The translations under genes and the position numbers were made by a program. Positions 12,753-24,995 of a stretch of 64,000 nucleotides of DNA are shown in pieces (position 1 is the first letter of the stretch; every line of letters starts with the position of its first letter). The stretch is taken from positions 10,912,001 to 10,976,000 of the forward strand of contig NC_087436.1 in assembly GCF_036321535.1 (NCBI RefSeq), written 5' to 3'. The notes beneath the pieces are model-generated. The model was not told where the DNA came from and did not search any database. It worked only from the letters and a program-made list of their open reading frames with translations. The stretch is from Camelus dromedarius (lineage: Eukaryota).

Positions 12753-14413
12753 AAAGCAGAGTCAAGGCTACTGAAGAAGTAAAAGAGTTAAAGTGATTGC
12801 TTCAAACCAGCCACTGAGCTATAAACAAAACTGGCATTCAATGTAACTGCCCCGTATCTTTTACTCTAGCAAGTATATTATTATCAAGAGGCATGTGTGT
12901 GTGTCTTTCCGCATACACATATACACACCCTGGGCCTACGGCACATACCACCTCTCTGATTCTCCTGCTGAGCAGAGAATGTGGCGACCATCCAGTGTTA
13001 TCAGTGAGGTACAACCCAGTGAGCACAAGAACAGGTCCTAATACAAAAGGATGCTTTCTGCCAACACTTATTAGGGCACGATCATGAACCTTTCCAGACA
13101 AGATTCTCATTCATAAAAATATGTGAATTCACAAGAATAATCCTTCTCTGCAAACATCATAGGGGCTCTCAACTCCAACGAACAGTCCAATGAATCCGTA
13201 TCTGATCACTAATTTTGGCCAGGGTTTGTGGTGGGCTCTGTGTTATATAATCCTGGCCCATTTAAAGCTTACACTTCAGCTGAAAGGCCAGTACATAAAA
13301 GACTACAGTTATAACATAACTGAATAGTGCACGTAAACATAATCTTTTAGACCATCAAATAGTAACATAAATGAAGGTTAAAATTGTCTGATTCTTTTCC
13401 TTACATTGCATGTGTTCAAATTCACAGGAAGCAGGGACTTGTCTCATATTAACCTTCTGCAAAGTCATGTAACAGGTACTATGATTTGGGGGAAACAGTT
13501 TACTAAAAAGATGATTTAACAATATTAAACACATCTTTTAAAGGAAAAAAAAAATCAACCAGAATCTTATCAGGGTAACAGTACACTTACATTTTTGCGT
13601 AATGCTTGCTGGTTATCTACAGAACCTCATTCAGAGCGTACACATTTTAGTATGCTTTTTAGTGTATCTTTTTACATCATAAACCTTTTTGCATGTTTAT
13701 TTAAATTTACATGTGGTTTATGTCTGCAATAAAAACTAGGATGATTTTCTTATTTCTGAGTGTTCTAAAGCAGCTTAGTTCATCATTTGTATCATCACCA
13801 ACTACAGATGCATAACATTTGTATCTAAATTCGAATCACTTGCTATAGCAAAGTTGCATCATTATGTCATAACACAAGACCTACAGTGCTTCAGTATGTT
13901 TAGGTGCAGTCTAGTTACCAAAAGAAGATAATCTTGTCACAGAATGACATCTGTTCAGAGGCCCAAGCACCACGGGTAGGGAGAGTTTTCACAGGAGCCG
14001 CTACCCTACACTGGATAGTCAGGTTTCCAAAAATAATCGATTTGCCTACTGTCAAAATTTCTGCTTATTACATTTGCTTAGTTTTTGACCACCACTCACA
14101 GGAAAATACTAAATAATAATGGTGAGAGTGGAGATTCACGTATCATTCCTAGTCTTTCACAAAAGGCATTCCAAAATTGTAACAGGTTAGATGTGTATTC
14201 ATACAGGCTAAAACATGTCCTTGTAGGGTTTTACTAATGGTTTTTAATCAGAAATGTATTCACAGCAAAAGATGACTTGAGTACCTATTGAAAATTTCTG
14301 GTAAATTTTATCCTTGAAATATTAATTGGAAGAATTACATTAATAGGTATTCAAAAATAAACTTTCATGATATGCCTAGAAATAACCCCATTTTTTCATA
14401 CTGTTATTATTTT

Positions 14414-14511
14414 CTGTGTGTGTGTGTGTGTTTTAAACAGAGGTACTGGGAATTGAACCCAGGATCTTGTGCATGCTAGGCGTGCACTCTGCCACTAGAC
14501 TATACCCTCCC
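14414..14511 (-). mobile_element. tRNA-Ala-derived camelid SINE with (TG)n tail
   Basis: Reverse-complement SINE head. TSD tcatactgttattatttt (14396-14413) / tcatactgttattgtttt (14513-14530). Inserted into an old minus-strand L1. Confidence 0.88.
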
Positions 14512-14729
14512 ATCATACTGTTATTGTTTTAATATATCCATATATGTTAATTTTCCTGATATTTTGTTCTGAATTTTAACACCAATAATCATTTGATAGA
14601 ACTGTCCAATTTACCGGCCTACAATTGTTCATAGTAGTCTCATGTTCCTGAAGTATCTCTGTGGTATCAGTTATAATGTCTCCTCTTTTATTTCTGATTT
14701 TGAGTGCTCTCTCTTTTTTTCTTGATTAG

Positions 14730-16160
14730 CAAAACTGGATTCTTATATATTACATTACTCACAAAAATTAAAAAGGATTAAAGACTGAAATGTAAGATCT
14801 AAAACCATAAAACTCTTAGAAGAAAACACAATAAAAAAACTCTTGACTTTGGTCTCGGCAGTAAGTTTTAAATGTGACACCAAAAGTGCAAGCAACAAAA
14901 GCAAAAATAAATCAACCAGTGGGACTGCAATTGAACTAAAAAGCTTCTTCACAACCAAAGAAATAATCAATAAAATGAACCTACAGAAAGGTAACCTATG
15001 GAATGGGAGAAATATTTGCAAACCATCTATCTGATAAGGGGTTAATATCCAAAATATGTTAAGAAATTCATGCAGCTCAATAACAACAACAAAATAATAG
15101 TAATATTTCAATTTTTAAAATGGGCAGAGGGCCTGGATAGACATTTTTCCAAAGAAGACATACACAAATGGCCAATAGGTACCTGAAAAGGTGCTCAACA
15201 TCACTAATCATCAGGGAAATGCAAGCCAACATGACAATGAGATAACACCTCACTCTTCCTAGGATGGCTGTTATTAAAAAGACAAGTGATAGCAAGTGCT
15301 GGTGAGGATGTGGAGAAAAAGGAAGCCTTGTATACTATCGGTGGGAATGTAAACAGTTACAGCCATCATGTAAAACAGTATGGAGGCTCTTCAAAAAGTT
15401 AAAAATAGAACTGCCATATGGTCCAGAAATTCCACTCCTGTCTATATATTTAAAGGAAATGAAATCACTGTATCAAAGGGATATCAGAACCCCTAAGTTC
15501 ATTGCAGCATTATTCATAATAGCCAAGACATGGAAATATGGAAACAACCTAAGTGTCTATTGATAGACGAATGGATTAGGAAAACATGATATATATGTAT
15601 ATATTAATATATATTAGCATATTGTGCATGTATTTTGGAATATTATTCAGTCATTAAAAAACAGGAAATCCTGCCATTTGCAACAACTTAAGGCTGAAAC
15701 TTTAAAGATATTAAGCTAAGTGAAGTAAGTCAGAGAAACAGATCTTATTTACGTGCACAATCAAAAACCCCCAAACTCAGGTAAACAGAGAGTGGGATGA
15801 TGGCTGCCTGGGGCTTGGGGCGGGGGGGGGGGGGGGGCGCAGTAGTAGGTGAAGGAGGTAAAATGGCGGAAACTCTAATTATAAGTTAAGTTACTCCTGG
15901 AGATGTAATGTACAGTGTGGTGACTAGTTAATGTATTCTATATGTGAAACTTGCTAAGACAGTAGACCTTAAATTTCTCACCACACACAAAAAATAAACT
16001 ATATGAGAGGATGGATATGTTAACTAAACTTATTGTGTCATCATTTCACAATATGTAAATATATCAAGTCATCACATTGTATACTTTAAACGTACATAAT
16101 GTTGTATGTCTATTATATCTCAATAAAGCTGAAAAAAATTTTTTAAATAAAAAAATTAAA
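14730..16160 (+). mobile_element. 5'-truncated L1 (L1MA9-like), ORF2 end plus 3' UTR
   Basis: Degenerate ORF2 C-terminus (cacctcactcttcctaggatggct; ggatgtggagaaaaaggaa) and 3' UTR ending ctcaataaagctgaaaaaaa with A tail. Confidence 0.9.
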
Positions 16161-16668
16161 ATATAAACGCAAGATAATAATTTCCATATCACAGGACTGA
16201 AATGAAGATTAAGTGAGTGACTAAAGCATGTCTTTCTAAAAAGTCAGTTCTCAATAAATTTTAGTAATTATTGTTATTAATGTTTTTATTACACAGAGAC
16301 AATATGATTACCGACCTAGCCTACAGAAGAGAACTTCTAAAAAATCTATTTGAAGAAATAAAATAGTAAGTTTCCTGGATGGAAAACCAACATGTAGAAA
16401 TCAATATCCATCACCAAAAACCATTTAGAACATGTATCTTTATAAACAGCTCATTCACAATTACCACAAAAACGATAGTAATCCTGGGAATAAATCTCAT
16501 AAAAACTAAGCAAGATCTTTATAGAAAAAAGTTGATAACATCATGAAAGCACACAAGACTAGATAAATAGAGACGGTAACATATATATGGGTAGAAAGGC
16601 TCGACCGTAAAAATGACAGTTCTTTCAAATTAAACTACAGAATCAATGCACTTCCAATCCCGACAAGG

Positions 16669-17422
16669 TGTATGTCAGAAGCTTGAAGGAAAGAGCTATC
16701 ACCACCAAAGGGACTAAGTGCTGAAGCGTAATGATGGTTGAGAGAAGGATGCTGGTATTTACCCCTCTGCTGCCACAACCACCACTACCTCCCAGGCTTG
16801 ATGGGGCAAAGGGAAGATAACGGTGTTACAGCCTCCGGATGCAGATGGAGCTTTGTAACACGCTAGCCTCCTTTTATCCACTGAGCATATGTTCCAAATC
16901 CCACACTGGACGCCCGAAACCTCAGATCGTGCCGAACCTAAATACACGACGTTTTTTCCTACAGCACTAACAGACAGGTAGTGTATAACAGCGTTGGTCC
17001 ACCGGACAAGGATTCAAGTCCTGGGCAGGATGAGCTGGGAGGTGCAAGATTCCATCACACTACTCCGAATGGCGCACAATTTAAACCTTATAGATTATTT
17101 CTGGAATTTTCCATGTAATATTTTCTGAAGGAGGCTGACCACAGTAACCGAAACCTCAGAAAGCAAAACCATAGACAAAGCAAGTACCTACTGTGTAAGG
17201 GCTTGCAGGCATAGAAGGATGCATTTACTGCCAATCTGCCAAGGACCAGAGAAGGGGCCAGAGGAATAAATTCTCTTACCTCTCTCTCTCCGACACCCCA
17301 ATCTTCTGCTGCCAAATCCCGCTGTGGCTCAACTCAACTACTAGTCGGAAGACAAAGAAGCACAAGGGATGTAACTCCGCGGAGAAATGATCTAAAGAAG
17401 CAACCAAAGAATATCCATCACA
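16669..17422 (-). mobile_element. Old MaLR LTR (MLT1K/L-like) interrupted by MER44
   Basis: tgtatgtcag start and gaatatccatcaca end; interrupts the L1 remnant. Confidence 0.5.
16859..17193 (+). mobile_element. MER44 / Tigger7-type DNA transposon
   Basis: Matches the recalled MER44 consensus: ttatcc...gttccaa...gaaacctcaga, then agattccatcacactactccgaatggcgcacaatttaaa...tttctggaattttccat, ending ctactg. Confidence 0.85.
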
Positions 17423-17509
17423 GAGAATGTTTTGTGGAATTTAACAGGCAGGCTCTAAAATAACCAGGAAAAGTTAATAAGAACAGCCAAGAAAACTTTT
17501 TTAAATGAA

Positions 17510-18278
17510 GGTTACCCTACCAGTTTCGCCAGCCTGTCCCGCCGCAAGCCAAATGCCGAGACGCCGACGTTTGCAGCAAAGAAAGGGCTTGTTCAGGAGG
17601 CAGCCAAGTGGGAGACGGGAGAACAAGCCTCAGCTCTGCCTCCCAGTTGAGGGGCTCGGCGTATTCCTGGGATAAAGCTGAGGCGTGGGGAGCGTGGGGA
17701 AAAGTAATTGGAGATAAGACGACAGTGAAGTCACGATCATTCTGTGCAGGCGCGACCACCCTCCAGGCGTTTCCATGGAACGCATGCGCAGACAGCAGCA
17801 GCACGCGCATGCCCCGAGGGCGTAGCTTTTTGCCCTCTAACCTCAAAAGGTCACGAATGGACACTCGCGCATGCCCAGTTGGAGGGCGGTGGTCATAATG
17901 AGTCTTTCTCAGCTGTAGGTCCAACCGGACACAGCTGACTCCAAGTTCCTAAAAAGCAACTTGGGCAAGCATCTTACTGTTTAGGCTACATGCCACGTGG
18001 AGGACCTGCAAGGTTTTTTTTCTTTTTTTTTTTTCTTGAAGCATAGTCAGTTTACAATGTTGTGTCAATGTCTGGTGTACAGCGTATTTCAGTCATGATG
18101 TATTCCTTTTCATAATACAACAGATTGAAGATAGCTGCCTGTGCTATGTAGAAGAGATCTGATGTTTAGCCAGGACTTGCAAGTTTTTATTAAAAACAAT
18201 TTAAAAGAACCTGATTAGTGAAGGCAGGTTACAGTTTATTATTTATTAATGGCAAACGGATAACTACCCTCAGTTTCA
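17510..18278 (-). mobile_element. ERV1-class solo LTR, sense to host gene, interrupted by an L1 3' fragment
   Basis: Minus strand starts TGAAA at 18278 and ends ...ctttctttgctgcaaac...ggtaac at 17510. Flanks tgaa/tgag form a 3-of-4 TSD. Confidence 0.75.
18013..18171 (-). mobile_element. Artiodactyl L1 3'-end fragment
   Basis: PolyT then tgaagcatagtcagtttacaatgttgtgtc. TSD aggacctgcaag (18001-18012) / aggacttgcaag (18172-18183). Confidence 0.85.
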
Positions 18279-19889
18279 TGAGGAGTGGAGCTTTTCCTAA
18301 CAGATATAAAGACTGCTTATAATGTCTAAAGGATTATAAAGAACTGAGTATCAAATTGGCACAGGATTAGACAAATAAACCGATAGAACAGAATAGAGAA
18401 TCAAAAATAAACCTGTAATATATGCCAGAGTTAATCAAAAGGAAAAATTAAACTAGGACAATTGGTTATGCACACAGGTGTGGGGTTTGGAGTGGGGAGA
18501 GGGGGTTGGTTTAGGTATTTAAAAGACAATTTACAAAATTGAAAGATTCTTATAAATAGAAAGTGATGCTCAACAGTACCAGCCAAATAAAAGAAAAGAA
18601 AATATCAAAGCTATAAACATACATGGAATAAAATAAGAAGTCTTATACTCCAGTTGCTTAAGGGCATGTAAACCAGTACAACCATTATGGACAGAAATTT
18701 CATAAAGCTACAAAGGTCTACTAAAAATAGAAATTGCTCTCTCAACACTGTGACCACACTTTAACAATTTTACTACAAATTTAAGTATCTATAACTAATA
18801 TATAGAATTACATTTTGTCTGTAAAGTTGTAAAAGTGATGTAACATTATAATTTACAAACTTCTTTTTCATTCAAGCTAAATTTCATAGATTGACCCACT
18901 TCAACATACAAATTTCTGTTCATTCACTTCAACTTCTATACAGCATTCAATTGCATTGATACTGTAATCGGTGATTTTTAGAATTTTTAAATTACTCCAA
19001 ATAATACTCCCATAAACTCATGTCTTTTTGTGCCCACATGAAAGAATTTTCCTAGAAGTTAAATTGCTAAATATGCCCAAAATGTATTAACATACAGTTG
19101 GTAGACTGTATTGACATGAAAAAGATATCTGAGAGATAATGATAAAAAGATGAGACACAGCATGTGTTTATTAAAACGTGTATGTCCTAATATATCTGAG
19201 CATAAACATATATGATATATAGGAGCATAAAATGTCTAAATTTTGGCTATATCTCAGCAAGAAAGTCAATACTTTTGAGTTTGGAGGGAATTAAAGAGGG
19301 ACTTTGACTTTTCACTCTAATACTTCCTATTATTTAAGTTTTTTACAACTAATCTATTTGACTTTGTAGTTTTACAGCTACAAAAACATTGAAAAACTTC
19401 ATATTTGTTCTTTTCTTTTGCATTGTGTTTATTATCCTACTATTAAATAGTAAAAATACCCTTGGATATCAGATTGAAAGTTCATGCTGTATATGATTCA
19501 CAAACTAACAATTCAGCAAATTATTTATTATCCAAATAAAGCTTCCTTCATATTGCTATTATCAAAGTGATATGCTCTCACCATTGAAAATTTAATAGTA
19601 AAAAAAAGTGAAAAAGGAAAAATAAAAGCACTCACTATAAACTGATACCAATTAATACTATTCATTCATTTATTCATTCATTCATTCATAGTGGTGGTGG
19701 TCGTTGTTAACTTTTTAGTTTCTCATGCAGCTAAACCTTCAAATTTCATCCACATCTAAAAAGTGCCAGAATAACTCAGGCTTAAAATGTGTAACATAGA
19801 TCTTATTTAAATACATACACATATTTATATATTTCTGATAATTTAAAGAGTATATAATATTAGTTTTTATAATGGTATGAACTATTAAT

Positions 19890-20110
19890 GAATTACTTGC
19901 ATTAAATACCTACTGTTTATTAGAGAATTTACTTACTACCTTCAATGCTCATAACAACTCTAGTAGGAAGATACTAGTATCCATGTTTTGCAGATAAGGA
20001 AATCAACACTCAAAAACGTTAAGCAATTTGATTAGTCACCTCACTAGTGAGTGAGGATTTCAATATGGCATAGAGTTTGAGCTTTTTCCAACTGCCACTG
20101 TTTACCATTC
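19890..20110 (-). mobile_element. MIR SINE fragment
   Basis: MIR core ttttgcagataaggaaa...gttaagcaatttg. Confidence 0.7.
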
Positions 20111-21667
20111 CTCTCATAGGGAAACAGTCTTTCTGCTTAAAACCAATTTCCAAAATTTATTTACGGACCAATATTTCCCCAAGTAAAGTATAATCATTTT
20201 TCACTCATTGAGGAAGAACTAACTAAAAGAATTTCACCTCTAAAAGCACAGACAACCCCCCCTTCCCCACCCCAGCACCCACTTGATGAAGTGGGCATGA
20301 TCAGATTACCACCCCTGTGGTGCCCACGCAGGACCAAGGAGTTTGTGAGTTCAGAGCCTGTAATTCACGCAGTTCTTACCACCATAAAAAAAAAAAAAAT
20401 TAAAAAGGAAGGCAAAAAAATGTGGATAACTCTTTACTCTTCATGAAAACACATAAAAGCAAAACTTGGCAATATTAAATTCTTCTCTTAGTTATTTATT
20501 AGGACAACTTAGTGAGGATAATCAACAGTTTCCTCTACAGTTTATTGGAAACAAACATTAATTCTTGGATCCCAGGAAGAAAAAGCCAAGCATATGTTGT
20601 CTCCTACTGCTGAGAGGGAAATTATTCAAAGAGATTTTTGCACTAGATGTATCGCCATAGAGTGTAACTTAGCAAGCGATAGAAGATTCTTTTTACATCA
20701 TTTTTTCTCTATAAATAACTTTATCATAAAAATGTACATATACATGCAGAAAAGTATTAAAAAATAACAAACACCCACAAAAGAACCATTCAAATTTAAG
20801 AGGTTATCACTTTGAAGTTGTGCTTCAGGTACTCATTTTTTTTTTCATTCAAGAAATATTTATTCACACTTTTATTATGCAGATAAATCAGACTTATGAA
20901 AAATGTATTTGGAAAGTAAAGAAAAATAGGAGAGAAAAACTAACTATAGTCCTATGACTACCAGCAACATTTTGAAATACTTTCTTTTATTGTTTAATGA
21001 AAAGCAGATTATTGTACATAGACTTCAAATACCAAGATCCCTTTCACTTGTCCCCAAAATATATTTTTGGGCTTTTTGGGTTCCTGGGAAATATATGATG
21101 GAAAAAAATTTAACACCTTTTGCATCACTGTTAACAATTTCTGTAAGTTGCCAACTATGGTTCAGCCTCATAACAAAAGTCCATAGAAAGAGGGTCTATG
21201 ATCACTATTGTTAAGACTTGTTTTCTTACTTTTGGTCTAAAAAATAGGGAAGGCACTAGTATTCATGTTTTGCAGATAAGGAAACCAGCATTCAAACATG
21301 TTAAGCAATTTCATTAGTCACCTCACTAGTGAATAGGGATTTCAATATTTTTCTGAGTTTGTTTTTCTGTCTAGGGGTGGTTATCTTCTACCATGAATGT
21401 CACAAGAAACAAATCAAAAAGTCCTAGACTTTACCTTTTACACTTGTTATTCAATATCTTAATAATCTGCCCAATTAATTCCTCCATTCCTGTCTTATTC
21501 CCTGTCATTGCTCATGGCACAAATCTTTCTTACATGTTGTACTTGCTAAATCAATACTTGCTTATCCACTTATTTATTATACGTCTAAAAATAAGACATA
21601 TTCACAGGATTAAGAGATTTCATAAAAGATTAAGTTTAAAAGTAACCTATAAAAATAAACCAAGTTG

Positions 21668-21745
21668 GGAGGGGCGGGTATAGTGAAAGTGGTAAAGTGC
21701 ATGCTTAGTTTGCACAAGATCCTGGGCTCAATCCCCAGTACCTCC

Positions 21746-21786
<41 letters not shown>

Positions 21787-21843
21787 ATAAATTAACCTAA
21801 TTAACTCCACTACCCAAAAAAAACTAAAAAATAATAATGATAA
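21668..21843 (+). mobile_element. tRNA-Ala-derived camelid SINE with long internal A run
   Basis: SINE head plus about 35 A. 15-bp TSD ataaaaataaaccaa (21649-21663 / 21844-21858). Confidence 0.9.
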
Positions 21844-23309
21844 ATAAAAATAAACCAAACTATCTCATCAAAATGGGAGAATAACTAGCAAGAGCTAATA
21901 TATATATATATATACTATGCTAAATCTTAAAGGGTCATTTCACACTGTGTCTAGAATAAAACTTTGGGTTCTATTAAGGCAAAATTGCTAAGAAATATCA
22001 AAGGAAATATAGCTCTAAGTGGGAAATAATTTGTCTTTAGTTCCTTAAATTTCAAACTTGGGAGAAATTAGCAGAACCCAAACCCAAGCCTCTGTAAGTA
22101 AATAGGCAATTTGACTCTATTAAACCTCAGTGCAGGAACTGAGTTGGGACTAACCACACGTGGCCGCGCCCTGGGCTTCAGGGCAGGCAGACTCCTGTGT
22201 ACACTGTTCAAGGCAACTTCACGTCAAATTGTAGTTGAAATACTTTTAAAAGAGAAAAGTCTACCTTTTAATAATTCCACCCCCCTAAAAATCTACAGAT
22301 AACTAGTGAAGCTACCCACATTTTATAACAACGTTACACTACTTAGATATGTAGAACTTATAAAGTCTTTGATACGATTTTTAGGAGATCACAAGCTAGG
22401 ACAAAGAAACTGAGCAACAAATAAATGAATATCTCCCTCCCTTTTTTCAACTCTATTTAGAAATTTACTAACTTAAAATGATCGATTCCTACAGTTCTCA
22501 TATTTTCCAAATATTCCTTACTTTCAATTTTGTTAGTCAGTATACAGCATACAGTGTTCTCCCCAGATCCTTCATATACTTCTTTTTTTGCTAATATAGC
22601 ATCTCATGTATTGGTGACGACCCTCCTTACTGCCACCAGCACACACAAACACAATCATGCACACGCACACACACTTCATTCTTTAATATCTGGGACATTT
22701 TGCCACAGTGGAACTAAGTCAGACTCCCCTGGGTTTCTCATCAGTATGCACCTGTCCTTCGGTGCATTCAGTCTTGCACATGTGCATTTGCTTGTGTGAT
22801 TGTTTAATTAATTTCACAAAGTAAAACTCTCCAAAGAGACAGGAATCCTGCCACATTTTTGAATCAACATATCACCAAGACTTCACTGAATACACGGTGT
22901 AGCGTAGATCACCAGTATGTATATATTAAAGGGAACTTAAAAAGGAGAGAGGGTGGGAAATTAATTATTAGATAAACAGATGACCTCATAGTTACTAAAA
23001 AAATTATTTAAATAATCCCACTGGGTGACCTAAAAATGATGACTCTGTAAATAAAGTACTTTGAGAAATACTTTGTTCTAGCTTTTTTCTTATCATTTCC
23101 TCTCATTATGAATGGATGTGGCTTAGGCTTTAAGGCTGATTCTTTTTCTTGCTTTTTTTTTTTCCATTCTCCTTGAAAGAATAAAAGCTTATTTACCACA
23201 TTCTTTAGGCCAAGTTTCCTACAAAAGCAGTGTCTGAAAGAAAAACTTACATACAAATAGTAGAAGGTGATCCCAGAGATAAGAAAGAAGCACCAGCTCA
23301 AGTAAACAG

Positions 23310-23346
<37 letters not shown>

Positions 23347-23654
23347 CCAATATAGGTGTGTGGAGTTGGGTCATGATCATGGCCAACTGAGGTTCCACCC
23401 AACCTGGATCTTCTGGGGCCCTAGAGAAAGCCTCTCAGAACTGTTTCTATTTCATTTCCGCTCCTCCTACTTCTAGGCTGCATTTCCTGGGGCAGAGGGA
23501 GACATAAGAGCAGAAAGCAAAAGATACTCGGCACAAGCTCAAGGTAAGAATTCAGCAGGGCTGAGTCACTGCCTGCCTACAGTGTTTGCCACAGTCATAG
23601 ACAGACACTCACAGTCAAGCAGGGCCCAAGAGGCACGTGAAACACCTATGAGAA

Positions 23655-23761
23655 TCAAAGTTTGTGTATGTATGACTGAAACCATGCTGTGCACCAGAAA
23701 TTGACACAACATTGTAACTAACTATACTTCAATTTTTAAAATAATGGTTAAAAAAAAAAAA
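23655..23761 (+). mobile_element. Short camelid/artiodactyl L1 3' end
   Basis: gactgaaaccatgctgtgcaccagaaattgacacaacattgtaact...cttcaa followed by an A tail. Confidence 0.8.
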
Positions 23762-24205
23762 GTATCACTCACTGGAGTGTCAGTCCCAAACAATGAGCCA
23801 GCAACTGCACAGTACCTGTTTGATCACTCTCACCAAGCATCACTGAATTTCCTGATGGACCATAGAACCCTGAATGGAAGAGCTCATCTGGGCACTCTCC
23901 AACTTCCACCTGACTGTGTCCCGAAAAGCCAGTGGTTTCTCATATGTTGCCTGAGACATACAGTCACTTAGAAATAGCATTACATGTTTTCGTTCACCTT
24001 GAGTACCCATCCATTCCTAGACAGATTCAACAAAACTTCTAGGCTAATACATAGAAGTATAATTAATTTAGGTCATGCTTTAAGTGTATCGTTAGAGACA
24101 TGACTTCTAATACAACTGACCATGATTTATTACATTTATTCTGGAAGAAATGTATTCTGAGTTTTACCCATATACCAATTAGAAAAAAAGTTGATATATT
24201 ATTAC

Positions 24206-24298
24206 CTTGTTAACTCTGTTATACGCATATGATGAGATACCAGTCTGTATCTCCCGCTTTTTGGAGTAACAATTTGAAAAACAAAAGGACAGTTGTTC
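24206..24298 (-). other. Candidate 93-nt internal exon
   Basis: Acceptor CCTCCCTCTTCTTAG| and donor AAG|GTAATA in unique sequence; two of three frames are open. Confidence 0.35.
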
Positions 24299-24995
24299 CT
24301 AAGAAGAGGGAGGCTCCAGATGTCACATATTATTTATTCCTTATATGTAGAATTTATCTGAAGATTAGGATGATTCCTAAATCATGGGGCACTTACATTC
24401 AGACAGTGTTAATTTTTATACACAAATGTGTGTGTGTATCACTCCTAAGAAAAGAAAAGTTTTGCCAATTGTGTTCACTTACCATGAATTTAAATTTACT
24501 AGCCATTTGAATTATTGGGTTTCACTGTTGCTAAGTTCTACCTTGAAAAGGAAACAAACTGTTTCCAAATCATATTGTATATAATATAATCAATTAGTAG
24601 AATCTGACCTCTTTTTATAGGAATCCTTTTTTTAAATCAAATCGGCTTGGAGTCAGCTGTGTTGCCTAGGAGCCTGTAGGCTGAGATTACTGCGATTCCT
24701 AACTCCAGCTTTATCACCAGGTCTTCATCTTTATCTTGCATCTCTACACATCTATTTTTGTAATTAGTGAAAAGTAATGGCCCACTTCAGCTGGCAGTAT
24801 GGTGGAGCAACTCACAATGACCAACATTACTCTCTGGAACAACCAGAAAAGCAAGAGAAAAGAATAATTCTGTTAAAGACTAGAGGCTTCAAGACTCCAA
24901 ATGAAGGCAGCATCTAAGAGGTCACTTGGATTTTTGAGGTTGCTTTTCTCCCCTGGGGTGGAGAATGGGAGCATTTGCCAATCTAAATACACAGC

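Larger units (their letters stand above)
16340..18800 (+). mobile_element. Ancient L1 (L1ME-like) ORF2 remnant, split by nested insertions
   Basis: Collinear ORF2-like pieces at about 16340-16668, 17423-17509 and 18279-18800 (ctgggaataaatct; aatcaatgca...ccaatc; gaacagaatagagaa). Confidence 0.7.

Noticed and set aside
14603..14730. Twin-priming inversion of the L1 at 14730-16160
   Set aside because: The antisense piece comes from much further upstream in ORF2 than the start of the sense piece, and no TSD is visible. It may belong to the neighbouring minus-strand L1.
17517..17938. 135-aa and 96-aa ORFs
   Set aside because: They fall inside a GC-rich LTR.
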